In this document: positions 1 to 13,208 of the stretch, piece after piece | Layout: the number at the start of each line of letters is the position of its first letter | How positions within the stretch are numbered: position 1 is the first letter of the stretch | Source: the human T2T-CHM13v2.0 reference genome, Homo sapiens | Assembly: GCF_009914755.1 (NCBI RefSeq) | Contig: NC_060930.1 | Direction: 5' to 3' (one strand) | DNA length: 64,000 nucleotides | Program-made: the position numbers and the translations under genes | Notes under the pieces: model-generated | Database searches by the model: none | What the model was told of the DNA's origin: nothing | Seen by the model: only the letters and a program-made list of their open reading frames with translations

Positions 1-120
1 TAACAAACATACCATAATAATGCAAAATGTTAATAATAGAAAAGGTGTATAGGAACTTTCTGTACTTTGTGTTCAATTTTTCTTTAAAACTAAAACTGCT
101 CTAAAAAATAAAATATAAAA
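1..120 (+). mobile_element. 3' end of an old LINE-1 (L1MC/L1MD-like), cut by the window edge
   Basis: GGAACTTTCTGTACTTTGTGTTCAATTTTTCTTTAAAACTAAAACTGCTCTAAAAAATAAA resembles the L1MC/MD 3' terminus. Confidence 0.7.
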
Positions 121-818
121 TATGTAACAGGACAAAAAAAATCCCTCATTTTGTGCCATTACATTGTCAAAACATCTAGAGACCCATATTTTTTCCCAGT
201 TCCCAATGCCTTGTTTTTTTTTTTTTTAAAAACTGCCTTTTTATTATATAACTATCTATTGGCAGAATATATTTCATTTCCCTTCCCCTAAGCGAAAGGA
301 GATAATATTCAATGCTGCTTCCATGAAGACCTATGAAGAAGTCAATTCTATGAAATAAAACTCCTTCTGAATGAATTTATTACACACTGAGAGGAGAATG
401 GGTTGGAAATTCACACGTACATAATACCATTCTTAGAGAATTTGGTCCATATAAATACAGTCTTGGCTGGTGGCTAGGGGGCTTTGGAAATAGCATATCC
501 AAGAAATGTTCTAACTTCTTTGGTGGGATAAAGATGGAAGAAAAACATAATAGAAAGAAATTTTCTTTAATAAATTTTCATGTAAAAAGGTTTAGAAACT
601 CTGGTTTCAAGATAATTGTGGAAATATACTTTTAAGACTGCTACTTAGCTTTTTGTTTTATAGTAACCTTAGGTTTTACAAAATGTCAAATTGACAGTCA
701 GTTACAAGGAAGCCTATTTATAATAGTATAGTCCATTTTTATAGCACTTTTAACTTGCAAAGGGGCTTTTCATATATAACCTAATTTTATATTCACAATC
801 ATCTCAGGAAAATCGTCA

Positions 819-1111
819 ATTTTTTAAATTTTTTATCTTTTGAGACAGAGTCTTGCTGTATCGCCCAGACCAGAGCCCAGTGGCGTGATCTCAGCTCACT
901 GTAACCTCCGCCTCCCAGGTTCAAGCAATCCTCCCACCTCAGCCTCCTGAGTAGCTGGGATTACAGGCATGCACCACCAAAACCGGCTAATTTTTTGTAT
1001 TTTTAACAGAGATGTTACCTAGACTGGTCTCGAACTACTGGCCTCAAGTGATCCACCCGCCTCGGCCTCCCAAAGTGCTAGGATTATAGGCATGAGCCAC
1101 CACGTCTGGCC
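819..1111 (-). mobile_element. Alu (AluJb/S-like) with a small deletion in the left arm
   Basis: T-rich tail, TGAGACAGAGTCTTGCT ... CCTCCCAAAGTGCTAGGATTATAGGCATGAGCCACCACGTCTGGCC. Confidence 0.93.
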
Positions 1112-1115
1112 AAGA

Positions 1116-1362
1116 ATTTTTTTTTTTAGTCAGGGACTTGCTCTGATGCCCAGGCTGACATGATCCTCCCACTTCAGCCTCCTGAGGAGCCAGGACCACA
1201 GGTGTGCACCGCAATGCCCGGCTAATTTTTTTAAAATGTTTTTATAGAGATAGGGTCTCCCTGTGTTGGGCAGGCTGGACTCAAACTCCGGGCCTCAAGG
1301 GATCCTCCCACCTCAGCCTCCCAAAGCATTGAGATTACAAGTGTGTGGCTCTGCACCCAGCC
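1116..1362 (-). mobile_element. AluJ with an internal right-arm deletion, in tandem with the previous Alu
   Basis: Poly-T, GATCCTCCCACTTCAGCCTCC, AluJ-type GATCCTCCCACCTCAGCCTCCCAAAG; about 50 bp missing after CAGGCTG. Confidence 0.88.
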
Positions 1363-4300
1363 TCTTCTAGATTCTTTCTTATAATCATGATGTCGGTAGA
1401 TGGGTCTGCTACCCTCCAAAACCAAACTGAGGTAGATGGATGTCTTTTCCTAAAGCCACTAAAAGTGAACCCTCTGGTAACTCTCAGTCCAAGATCATCC
1501 TGAAGATTTCTTACAAAAAATGAATCCTATTTTCTTCCTTACTTTCTGTCTTTGGCAGAAATCAAGTCTGCATATCAAATGCTTGAATAAAAAAAGAAAA
1601 AACCTTGTTTCTCATAGATCATAACCAGAGAAGAACACAGTGTTCAATGAAAGCAAAAATAAACAATCAGAAACATGCGTCTCTCAAAACAAAGCATAAA
1701 CTCTTTTGTCAGACATTGTTTCTCCCGTTGTGCTGTTTTATGTTTAGAAAGTGAATATAAATGTGTGTCCTCCTGTGTGTTTCCCTGTATACGTATGTTC
1801 TCCACTTTAGGGATGTCTCTCCTTGAGTCAATGGCTTAGGAAAAGATCCAAATGCAACATTGATCAAACTGATAGGATGTTGAAGAGCCTGCACATTGAG
1901 CTCATTTCTGGATGCTTTATTAGACAATACATTTTCTATACTGGCTGCAATGTGGAGTTACCATCAAATTCTATGGACACAATTGATGCCTTTTAGAGGC
2001 CGGGAGACCAAACCAATGAGATTCATTTTTAGAGTGACGGCAAATCCTCTCATCCTTTCCAATTTGGTCATTCTCCAGGGAGTGAAATTCAACCTGCGTC
2101 TTTCAGTGTGAAACTTTCTGAGATTACAATTGTTTGCGTTTGGGGTTAAGCCTTAGACTACCCAGAAATGGAGTAGAATCACTCTGATTCCAATCTTGCA
2201 GATCTGTCTGAGCTTCCTCTTTTTCTGGTCTATGTTAGGGAGGGTGCTCATTCTTATAGTTTCTACCTTTTAGTTCACAGTTGTACATACACATTAGAAG
2301 TCCACATATTTTTTAAAACAAAAATATTTGCAATTAAGGATGTCATGTTATGTAAATATCAATTTTACTTCTTTTTTCCCCCTGACTTATTTCATATGGA
2401 GGGAAAACAAAATGTTGACTCATTCCTGCCTCTTTCTAGGCATGTCACCTTCCATATAATCATTCATGAGTAAAAATACTAAAATACCACTAAGCCCATT
2501 ACAGCTTAATTTTTTTGATAATAGAGCAAAATTATCTGTAGTATACTAAAATCATGAAAATATTTTGTGTTACCCTGATCAGTTGCCTATTACTTCAATA
2601 AGCATCTCTTTAAACCCTCAAGGCTGTTCTGTCCCTCCTCCCTTCCAGAAAGGCTGGAGTCTATCACGGCGATTCTGGCCCTGCAGGGCTGGGTGGGTGC
2701 ATTCTCTCATTACCCTGGAGGTTCCTGGAATCCACTACCACTTCTCCTAGAGAAAGCTGGTGGGTCTTTGAAAGAAAACTCTTCTAAGCTAGCTACTGAG
2801 CCTGTGTGTGAGGGAGGTTGGGAAATTGCAACCAAGCAGTCAACAGAGTTTCACTCTAAATATACTGACAGGCCAGTGGAGGAGAAACACACACTCCCCA
2901 CTAACTCCAATACAAGAGGAGGAATCACCACTTCTTCCAAAAATGATGTCACCATACGCAGAAGAGGAGATGATTATTTTTGACCCAGGTGGGATGGAGT
3001 GGAGGTGACATTTTTATCTTGCAAAATTTGCATCTTCCCTTTTTGGCAGGTGAGATTGATGCTAGATGTAAATTTCTGTGGTCAGAAGGAAGCAAGAACA
3101 CACACCTCCACTTATAATTCCCTAATGACTAATACTGAGAAATCTTTTCTCTTCGACAAGGAAAAAAAACACTCTACAACATAAAGAAAGAAAATCTCAT
3201 GCCACATGGCTTTATAGATTCCAATCATACCTTCTTTGATTATTTCTGCAGCAGCATTTACATCCTGAAGGTGATGGAAGCCTTGCATTTGTGTCTTGGT
3301 GCCATGGGGAGCCTCTGTCTGGAGCCTGTGAATTTCTAGAGGCCCTTCAATGCATGGAAGACCCTCTAAAAATTACAGCTGCTAAAAATGGGAGCAGATT
3401 CCCTACCACTGGGGGCATCATGCTGCAAATTACATGTCTATCCAGAATGATGGATGGTAGAGGGCATGCGTACTTTAGTTAGGTAAGAATATTGGAGAAG
3501 ACAGTATCTAAAGTTGCTTCCAATTTTGGTATCCTGTGGTGCAGTAGAAAAGTAACCACAGGGATAATGGAGACTAAATAGAATAAATTAAAAGCAAGAT
3601 AGTAAATTCCTCTCTAATCCCCAAGACTAGAGGTTAGAGAAGGCAAGCAGAGCATATTGAACAAGTGTGATTTTACGTAATGGTCCTTACCCAATAAGGA
3701 GTGGATTGAGTAGGAAGAATTAAAGAGTGGTGTTTTATTGACATCTACTCCTTCTCTATAAATTGTATTACATAGGTGAAAGTAAGTAAGAAACCGAATG
3801 GCTGCGGAATCTTCTCTCCCATGTTTTCCAAAGAGTATGATCCACATATGAATGCCTGTGTGCGTACATATATAGAAGGTGACCAATGGCAGGAGTCGCA
3901 CTAATGGGTTGACTCGTTTAATGGTTAATTTGTTTTTGGAAACTTCCATAAGAACCCTCTAAAAGACACTCCAGAAATAGTAGAACAACAACACTTGGGA
4001 TAAGGGCCTTTAAACTGTGTAATTATTTGTTCCATGTCTAGAAAATATTATAAATCCCCTCTTTCTCCCCCTGTTAGAGGGAAGCTGCAGGAAGATTTTG
4101 CAAGCATACCCGGATAAAAGCCCCCGTACAGTCACTTATGTGCACTTCTCTATAACACTGGAGGGAATTCAGTTTTATGTCTGCAGAGCTGCTGTTGCCA
4201 GGGAAACAGAGGTCCTAGTCAGAATGCAACTGAATTAAGTCCCAGTGTGCCAGTTACTGGGTCTTTTCATTTGCCTACAACATACATGAATCTCTTTATG

Positions 4301-6399
4301 TCTAAGAAAGTTATTTTCTTCATATGCATCCATTGCACACACAGCTTTGTCAGCAAGATCCAGACAGAAGACTGTACCTGGTTACCTGATTAGGACTGTG
4401 GGTGACAGGAGAGAAAACAAAAATAGAGAGTAGACCATCCCACCATTGGCCAAGAGCAGATGGTGTGAACTGGCCCTTTCCACTGAGTGCCTTCTGGTAA
4501 GGAGTTCTCCAGAGACCAAGGAGCTTTACCATTGTTCCTCATAGGTATGCATCTCATCTTCCAGGAGGGCATCACTCTTTCCTATGACTCAGGTAAACTC
4601 AACATGGGCCACTTTGCAACTAGAATTGACACAAGCTGTGGCCACTCGTCTGAATTCTCTGGCTCTCAGCTTTTATTGGAAGGTCTCCAGAAACAACCTA
4701 AATTCTTATTGTAATTTCAGGTTTGTTCCAACTCAAACAAGTTACCTGAGTGATTTCTAGAGAGTATGTGAGCTGATGCAGACTAGATTTGAGCTGTTTT
4801 AAGTTCCATCAAAGTCCTAGTGAGATAAACATCCCATTTGTATAATCCTGAGTTCATAGGTATCAATAACCTAGCAGACCAATATTTGTGTGTAGATTAG
4901 TGCCTTTCGAGGAGCCATCTGTATCCAGTTTTTGTTTTATTGGTGGTAAGTTTACCTGACATTTTTAGTCACGATATACAGGATGATGCAGAAAATATGC
5001 TGATATGGTCACCCAAGAAAAACCGGAAACATGGTAATTTCCAACGTGCTTTCTTTAGGAAGACAGGAAAGAATGTGGTGAGTGTATATTTATGAAGGCT
5101 CGTTGTATGCACTATTTAGTTTTTGAGTAAAGACCTTAAAGCTTAACTCTCCAGAAAGCTTCATGCTCTTTCTCTACTCTGTTATTATATCTCTACTCTG
5201 CATGATATTAATATTTCCAGATTTTTAACTCTCTGCTTAGCGTTTATCTAAGGTTTATTTTCTGCCTTATATAGTACTGGTAAACTAGTCCCTTGAGGGT
5301 TCTTCTTTTCACTTGTTATTCCCATTACCTTTTCATTGCATTTGCAAAAGATATTCCAGGACACATTTTAGGCATTTCCTTGCTAATGTCTTGCTTGAAA
5401 ATAGCATATTCTCAAAGGAAACCCGTTTTACTTCATGAAGTATAGAGGGGTCATTACCTATTCTGATAGGCTAATTCAGGTTTGGTTGTGTTAAAGTGGC
5501 TCACGTGATCAAGGATTTATAGATGCTGATTTACTCTGAATGTTTATCCCTTATTCTTATAGCTGAGGCTGTTTGGCCAGGTCATTTAACAACGCCAAAA
5601 TGATTGTTTAAAGCAAGACAATGTACTTATGTGGTGGTGTGTGCAATGTAAAGCCCTAACCTAGAAGATTGACACTTAAGACTTGACAGAAACATTCTTT
5701 TTGCAGCAAAATAAACAGTTTTTTCTTCTCCTAGATAAGGTAGAGCACTTTTTTATTAATCCATATGGTTTGTTCTCTTGCATAGGAAACCACTAAAGAC
5801 AACAATTTTCCAGATCTCTTCCTCCAAGTTTTCATTATCAATAAATGCTTGTGATATCAGCTGAGGTTTTTTAGCCCACACATCCGGCTTGTATCTTAAT
5901 TGCAATAACTTCTTGTCACAAACAGCCAATGTAGTGATGTATGGAAAAAGTGGATTTTTTCCTTGTCCCTCGAGTCTGCCCTAACCCCCACCTTCAGCCC
6001 CCTCTGCCTTTCCCCCATTCCCAACCTCACGGAGCCCGGAAAGTCTTTCAGCATTCCTGGAAAGTTACATAAGACACCAGAAGTAGATAACATTGTATGT
6101 TTCCAGTTTAAAATGCAGAATGTTTATGCCTGTAAGGAGAGAAGAATGAAAGAATGTCCCTTTCGGAAATCATATCTGAAATGACTGGGGGGCTGACAAG
6201 TGCTTCCCTTACAGTAAAAATAATGTTTAAGGACTTGAAGTGTTTTTTACTACCTGGTAAATAGCAAGTTCTTTGTTCCTTAAGTACAAATCCTAAGCAC
6301 CTAAAAGCCCATATTACAGCCAACTAGGCTGAGCATTCCAAGTTCTTATTTGAGGCAAGGGCAGTAGAAGTGAAATTTTATTTTTTATTTTATGAAAGT

Positions 6400-7021
<622 letters not shown>

Positions 7022-7039
7022 TCCCAGTCTTCTTTTAAG

Positions 7040-7700
7040 GGTATGGAGGGCAAAGGGTTGAGGACGAGAGTCTTGGCATGGCATGAAAGAAAGGCAAGCC
7101 AGGTTCCACTGTTCGCTTCTGATTATCCCTCAAATGCCTAAATCACTGCTATGGAGAGTTTGGTCTCCCCAAACCCAGAGTCTCAATCACATAGACTGCT
7201 CCCGTTTGGTGTGGGACAAACCTTCTGAGAACAGAAGCCACTGTGCTACAATTTGGAAGAGGAGAGCATTTAGTTAGAAAATGGAAGCACCAAAAACAGA
7301 GGTTTGATGTATAAACATATTTGCCCAAATCAACATACCACACAGAATTGGCTCTTCCGTGGCCTCCTGACCTTGCCCTTCCCTTCAGTGAGGTCAGCAC
7401 GGAGACACGCAGCCCCGTGGCTGGTTCCAACACACTGCAACGGTCTCCAGGGCAACACTGGCTGAAGGTCATTTCGGTGCTGCCCAATTTCCAGGAAGCG
7501 GCTGTTCTCTGTGGTCTGGCATCGGGGTGGAAAGTTTAACCTGAGCACAAGGGGAAGGTGGTTGGTTTCTGCAGACTCTGCATTCTTTTCTCTGGTGGGT
7601 CAGATTTGTGAGCAAGGATTGGCTCCCACCTAGATAGTAAATATTTTTGAAAGGTCTGTGGAGTGTAGACATGACCTTTGCCCAATGGACTTACCACCCA
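7040..7700. promoter_or_regulatory. Candidate enhancer with a nuclear-receptor/FOX/STAT motif cluster
   Basis: DR1 TGACCTTTGCCCA 7672-7684; TGACCTTG 7368-7375; AGGTCA 7391 and GAAGGTCA 7464; TTCCAGGAA 7489-7497; AGTAAATA 7636-7643; unique sequence with retained CpGs. Confidence 0.4.
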
Positions 7701-8089
7701 TCTGGATAAGTAGCAACCAAAGGAAGATGCCGAGCATCTCTGCTCCTTTCCTTAGAAGGGGAAGTGACTTGAGAAATGGAATGAATTAACAAGGAATGAA
7801 AAACACAAAAGGGTTTAGGGCAGTTTCTTTCCCCTGTCCCTATTGGCCCCTATTCTTATCATTTCTTTGTGATGTTGCTGATTCTAGTTTACTTTTTGAA
7901 ACGGAATTATGCCACGGGAGGGGTGTAGGTCTGCTGATACTAAAATAAATGCAGGGTTTAGCAATAACTCTCTTCACAGCAATGACTCCTCTTTATTTTA
8001 AATATTGTCTCGGCCAGTTCTTTCTTGCGTGTCCTTTTACTTAATATCATTGATGATACTTATTCTCATGGGCACTCATCAAAAGTTGA

Positions 8090-8200
8090 TGGAACCCCTA
8101 CTAAGCACCAGGCACTGTGCTAAGCCCTGAGACTAGAAAACAGGCAATTACACTACAGTGTGTAAGTGCTATGGAGGTCAAGAGGAAGTAAAGTTACCCA
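8090..8200 (-). mobile_element. L2 fragment
   Basis: CTACTAAGCACCAGGCACTGTGCTAAGCCCTGAGA...GTGTGTAAGTGCTATGG resembles the antisense L2 3' end. Confidence 0.55.
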
Positions 8201-8839
8201 ATCTGAGGGACAGCCCAGTGTGATGGCCTTGAAGGGATGATCTTGGGCACCAGGTAACCTGCAAAGATCCTTAACCTGGTACAATCCTTCATCTCTCTCT
8301 AATATTTTCTATCGAGGCATTTTATGAATTGCCTCCTGGCTAAAAGTGACTGCATAAGTCACTTTTAAGCGTTTCATGTCTAGAAAAACCTAAGGGTAAA
8401 GAGGGCAAAAGATAGCATCACCTTACAAACAGGACCCTATATCCCATGGTCTCCATGCCTCAACATGGTGGCTCACACGAAGAAAGACTCCCACATGAGG
8501 ACTTCAATTGTAGTTGTTTACCTTCCTAATGAACCAAATAACTGAAGCTGATTAAACTCTTCTTAAGAAATAATCACTCGCTCTAAGAAACTTCCACAGG
8601 AAACCTGAACATTTTTATTATACCTGGAAGATCAAAGTAGAATGAAGAGATCTGGGGAGGTGGAAGCTGGTAGTGATGTCTCTCATCCTGGTGATTTACA
8701 ACAATCACCACATATGTGGCATCTGAATGACAGAAGCTAGAAAGACTCTCAGGAGAATATTTCACACTTAACATTGACAGAGAAGAGCCCCAAATCCAGG
8801 GAAACCAGCTGATCTAAGTAAAATCAGCCCCAATAAACA

Positions 8840-8950
8840 ATAGCTCATAGCCCTTCACAATCACTTTATGGATCGGTGTTATCCCATTTTACAGATGAGG
8901 AAATTAAGGTTTAAAGAGATGAAGCTACTTGAGCAAGATCATCCCAAATC
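8840..8950 (-). mobile_element. MIR
   Basis: MIR core TTATCCCATTTTACAGATGAGGAAATTAAGGTTTAAAGAG. Confidence 0.75.
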
Positions 8951-9131
8951 ACCTTTTACTGGTTTCAAAGCCTGACAACAGGCACGGCAATACTTTCTCA
9001 TGTCCGGAGTTTATTTATGTCAGACACACAGCTTGGGTAGCTTCAGAGCTACCCAAGGCTCTGGAGCCTTAACCATAATGCAATATTATATAAAATTAAG
9101 GGATTTCTTGAAATAAATTATCCTCTATGGA

Positions 9132-9333
9132 AGGGGTTGGCAAACTACTGCTCACAGTCCAAATCCAGTCCTCTGCCTGTGTTTTCAAATAAAATTTCAT
9201 TGAACATTCTCATTCGTTTGTGTATTATCTGTGGTTACTTTCAAGCCACAATGGCAAGGATAAATAGGTGCAACAGAGACCACAGGTCTTGCAAATCTGA
9301 AATTATCCACTACCTGACCCTTTACAGAATAGT
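9132..9333 (+). mobile_element. MER58A (hAT-Charlie non-autonomous DNA transposon)
   Basis: AGGGGTTGGCAAACTAC...CCAAATCCAG...AATAAAATTTCATTGAACA...CAACAGAGACCAC...CCCTTTACAGAA. Confidence 0.8.
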
Positions 9334-10039
9334 ATAAAAGTGTTACTATAAAATGAGTTTATCTGTCTATATATTATTCTCACTCAATAATTTACAATGC
9401 TTCAAACATTAACCCTGAGGCTATTTGCAACTTCCAAATGTATCCTCCAAATAATGAAAGACTCAAGTCTACTTCATGCAGTTTTAGGGGTAAGTATATT
9501 TTATATTATTCATATCTACTTTAGGTGAACTTAGTATAATTCTCTTAGCTAAAACATTCTATTTTCCAAACATCCTGGATAATAAAAATCTTAATGTGAT
9601 GGTACTCTACAATCTCTAGTATTTAACTCAAATTGTTACAGTTAAAAGTTACATACTGGTTATGAAATTAACAAATTTATTCATATTTAAACATGGTTTA
9701 GGTTTTCATTTTGTTTTCCAATCTCCCACCTATGCAATTTGATTTCTGTTGCTTGCTGTGGCTCTACAGTAAGTATTGTATTTCTCCTTCTTACCTTCAA
9801 AGACAGATAGCTCTTGTGTTTTCCCATATCTGAAACGTCAACCAGTCAGTAAAATGCACTTATTCCCTCTCTTTCCAATACCATCTATTTTTCTTTTCCT
9901 ATGATTCATTTATATTAGCTTACCAATATTCTTTTATTTCTCTCATCTAAAAACAAAATTTTCTTGTAACGAAATTTGCTTTCTATTGTCCCATTTCATA
10001 GGATCTCCATGAAGCAAAACTCCTTCAGCAATTTCTTCA

Positions 10040-10360
10040 ATTTCTCTTCTTTCATACCCTTTTAAACTCTTCCAACCTGGCCTCCACTCCTCACCCCCAC
10101 TCCAACCATTGTACTAAAACTGTTCTGAAGAAGGGTACCAGTGACCTTGTTGCAAAATTCATATTTGACTCTCAATCCTCATACCACCTGACCTACCACC
10201 AGCGGCATCTGAGGTACTTGTTTGCTGTATTCTTCCTGATGCACTTTCTTGCTTGGGCTTCCAAGATACCACACTATCCCACACTCTGGTGTGATCTCTG
10301 TTCTGTCAGGGTTCACATTTAGAACTGTGCCTGGCACATGGTAGGTGCTCAGAAAATAAC
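10040..10360 (+). mobile_element. L2 fragments including a 3' end
   Basis: AAGGGTACCAGTGACCTTGTTGCAAAATTC and AGAACTGTGCCTGGCACATGGTAGGTGCTCAGAAAATA. Confidence 0.6.
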
Positions 10361-10605
10361 CGTTTAAGAAACTTGAGACCTCTGTTGCATCACAAAATAT
10401 ATTCACACCACTGCTATCAAGATACTATTAGAAGTTGTTTGAAGGCTTGTTAGCAAAATATGCTTATGTTACAGCCTGATGATCATGTTTCAATACAAAA
10501 ATATGAAGTACTTTTATCACAATAGCCATCTTTTATCAATATGTTATGTATATACTATCTTCATTTAAGGTATTTAAGAAACCATGGTCTTTATCCCAGT
10601 ATTCT

Positions 10606-11833
10606 TTTCTTTTTCTTTTAATCTTAATTTCTTCTAAAAAAAAATGGGATACATGTGCTGAACCTGCAGGTTTGTTACGTAGGTATACGTGTGCCATGGT
10701 GGTTTGCTGCACCTATTGACCCATCCTCTAAGTTCCTTCCCCTCACCTCCCATCCTGCAACAGGCCCGGCTGTGTGTCATTCCCCTCTCTGTGTCCGTGT
10801 GTTCTCAATGTTCAACTCCCACTTATGAGTGAGAACATGCAGTGTTTGGTTTTCTGTTTCTGTGTTAGTTTGCTGAGGATGATGGCTTCCAGCTTCATCC
10901 ATGTCCCTGCAAAGGACATGATCTCATTCTTTTTTATGGCTGCATAGTATTCCATGGTGTATATGTACCACATTTTCTTTATTCGGTCTATCATTGATGG
11001 GCATTTGGGTTGGTTCCAAGTCTTTGCTATTGTAAAGAGTGCTGCAATAAACATATGTGTGCATGTGTCTTTATAGTATAATGATTTATGTTGATTTGGG
11101 TATATACCCAGTAATGGGATTGCTGGGCCAAATGGTATTTCTGGTTCTAGATCCTTGAGGAATCACCACACTGTCTTCCACAACAGTTGAACTAATTTAT
11201 ATTCCCACCAACAGTGTAAAAGCATTCTATTTTTCCACAGCCTCATCAGCATTTATTGTTTCCTGACTTTTTAATAATTGCCAATCTGACTGGTGTGAGA
11301 TGGTATCTCATTGTGGTTTTGATTTGCATTTCTCTGATGGTCAGTGATGTTGACTTTTTTTCATGTTTGTTGGCTGCATCATTGTCTTCTTTTGAGAAGT
11401 GTCTGTTCACATCCTTTGCCCACTTTTTGATGGGGTTGTCTGTCTTTTTCTTGTAAATATGTTCAAGTTCCTTATAAATTCTGGATATTAGCGCTTTGTC
11501 AGATGGGTAGATTGCAAAAATTTTCTCCCATTCTGTAGGTTGCCTGTTTACTCTGATGACAGTTTTTTGTTTTTGTTTTTGTTTTTTTGTTCCTGTCAGA
11601 AGCTTTTTCATTTAATTGGATCCCATTTGTCAATTTTGGCTTTTGTTGCAATTGCTTTTGGCATTTTCGTCATGAAGTCTTTGCCCATGCCTGTGTCCTG
11701 AATGGTATTGCCTATGTTTTCTTCTAGAGTTTTTATGGTTTGTGGTTTTACATTTAAGTCTTTAATCCATCTTGAATTAATTTTTGTATAAGGCGTAAGG
11801 AAGGGGTCCAGTTTCAGTTTTCTGCATATGGCT
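10606..11833 (-). mobile_element. 5'-truncated L1PA8-like LINE-1 (~1.2 kb: ORF2 C-terminus plus 3'UTR)
   Basis: Minus-strand ORFs 10812-11054 and 11246-11611 match the ORF2p C-terminus; 3' end CTTCTAAAAAAAAATGGGATACATGTG; 9-bp TSD CAGTATTCT at 10597-10605 and 11834-11842. Confidence 0.93.
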
Positions 11834-13166
11834 CAGTATTCTACTGAAAATGCCATCCATCCATGTTTGAGAAAGTTACAAATTTGGATAGGTCACTGAT
11901 TTGAAAGCATGGCCTGACATTTTTCTTCTTTACTTAACATTAGAAAGAAGTTGGAAGAAGACCTGGAGAATATATCAGTGATGGAGTTGCTGATAAATAT
12001 AGCCATATTAGTAAATCCTACTCAGAAGAAAGTCAAGGATTAGGATGACATGTTAACTAGAGTGGCATTCCTTTTGGCCAGATAAGATGTGGCATCTGTG
12101 TTAGATAATCCTTCTGAACCACTTCCCACTCCATTAAACAGAGAATATACCCATTGCTGGCACTCAATAATACTTTGGTATTGAATTGAATCGAGTTGAC
12201 TTGAGAACCAACAAAGAAACAAAAGACCTGGTACATTTTAACTGAGTTGCATTTGATTTAAGAAGCAATTTTACTCGGTATATCTTTCCCAAATCAAAAC
12301 ACTATCTCTAGCAAGTAGAAATTAAGAATCTAGACTCACAAGGTTACTCAGGACAATTCTGGAGAAAACTGAAAGTGATTGATCTTACTCAGCATCTGCA
12401 CGTTTTATGAGAAGAAAGGCACGTACCACGAGAGGCCTGTAAACATTGTGTGAGAACGAAGCTGGGAGTGTGATGTGCAGCACTTCCTCTGGGTGCATGA
12501 CATGCCACCAAGACAAATGGCATCTGAGCCACTCACTTGGCCCAAGTCTAAGATTATTAATGAATTTCCGTCCTGTTCTTTATAGGCTTTAATGACCCAG
12601 AGAGATTTCACTGTTTAATATTTAAACAAATGTTTTTATCCTGAGACAATGAGTCTCTGTTGAGACTGGATAGAACTGTTAATATTCTCCAGTATGGCTG
12701 ACTGCCATTCCTGCTGGAGTAAATGGCATAAGCTGATTTCTAGAAAGGTTTGAAAATAAAAGCTCGCCTTTTGGTGACATGTGAATGGAATGCTTTAATG
12801 GCACACACAGCAGAAGAGGTGTGTGTGGTCTGCTCCACGGGGTGAGTTCTGCTATTGTTCTGACCCTTCTAGCAGAACACAATGATTTGGTTGGCATAGC
12901 TGGTGCTGGCTAACCAGACTGGCTTGATTTCATGTGCTGCGTCTTCTTGGCATTGACCCTTATCAATTTATCAAAAGTGGCTTTTAACAAACCCCTTCTT
13001 AATTATCCATCATCAAAGGCAGTTGGGTAATGGGCTTACCATTTGAGGTCCAATGTCACTCATTGGTAAAATGGGCTTTGGTGAACTCTAGAAGTAAACT
13101 TATTTAGAGTGAGAGCATGTTTTCACATGAAATAGGACATTTCTCAAAGTCTACTTTGACCTAATT

Positions 13167-13208
13167 AAGCAATTCTCCTGTCTCAGCCTCCCGAGTATCT
13201 GGGATTAC
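13167..13208 (-). mobile_element. Isolated 42-bp internal Alu right-arm fragment
   Basis: AAGCAATTCTCCTGTCTCAGCCTCCCGAGTATCTGGGATTAC, about 3 mismatches to AluS/Y; no tail or TSD. Confidence 0.8.

Noticed and set aside
2565-3008. Overlapping 61-96 aa ORFs as a coding exon
   Set aside because: Non-ATG starts, no recognisable homology, and no frame stays open from the 2648 acceptor to the nearby donors.
4982-5077. 96-nt open segment (DDAENMLIWSPKK...KNV) ending at GTG|GTGAGT
   Set aside because: Good donor but a weak acceptor, unrecognised peptide, and it contains ATATGGTCACCC, which resembles a hAT element terminus; could be chance.
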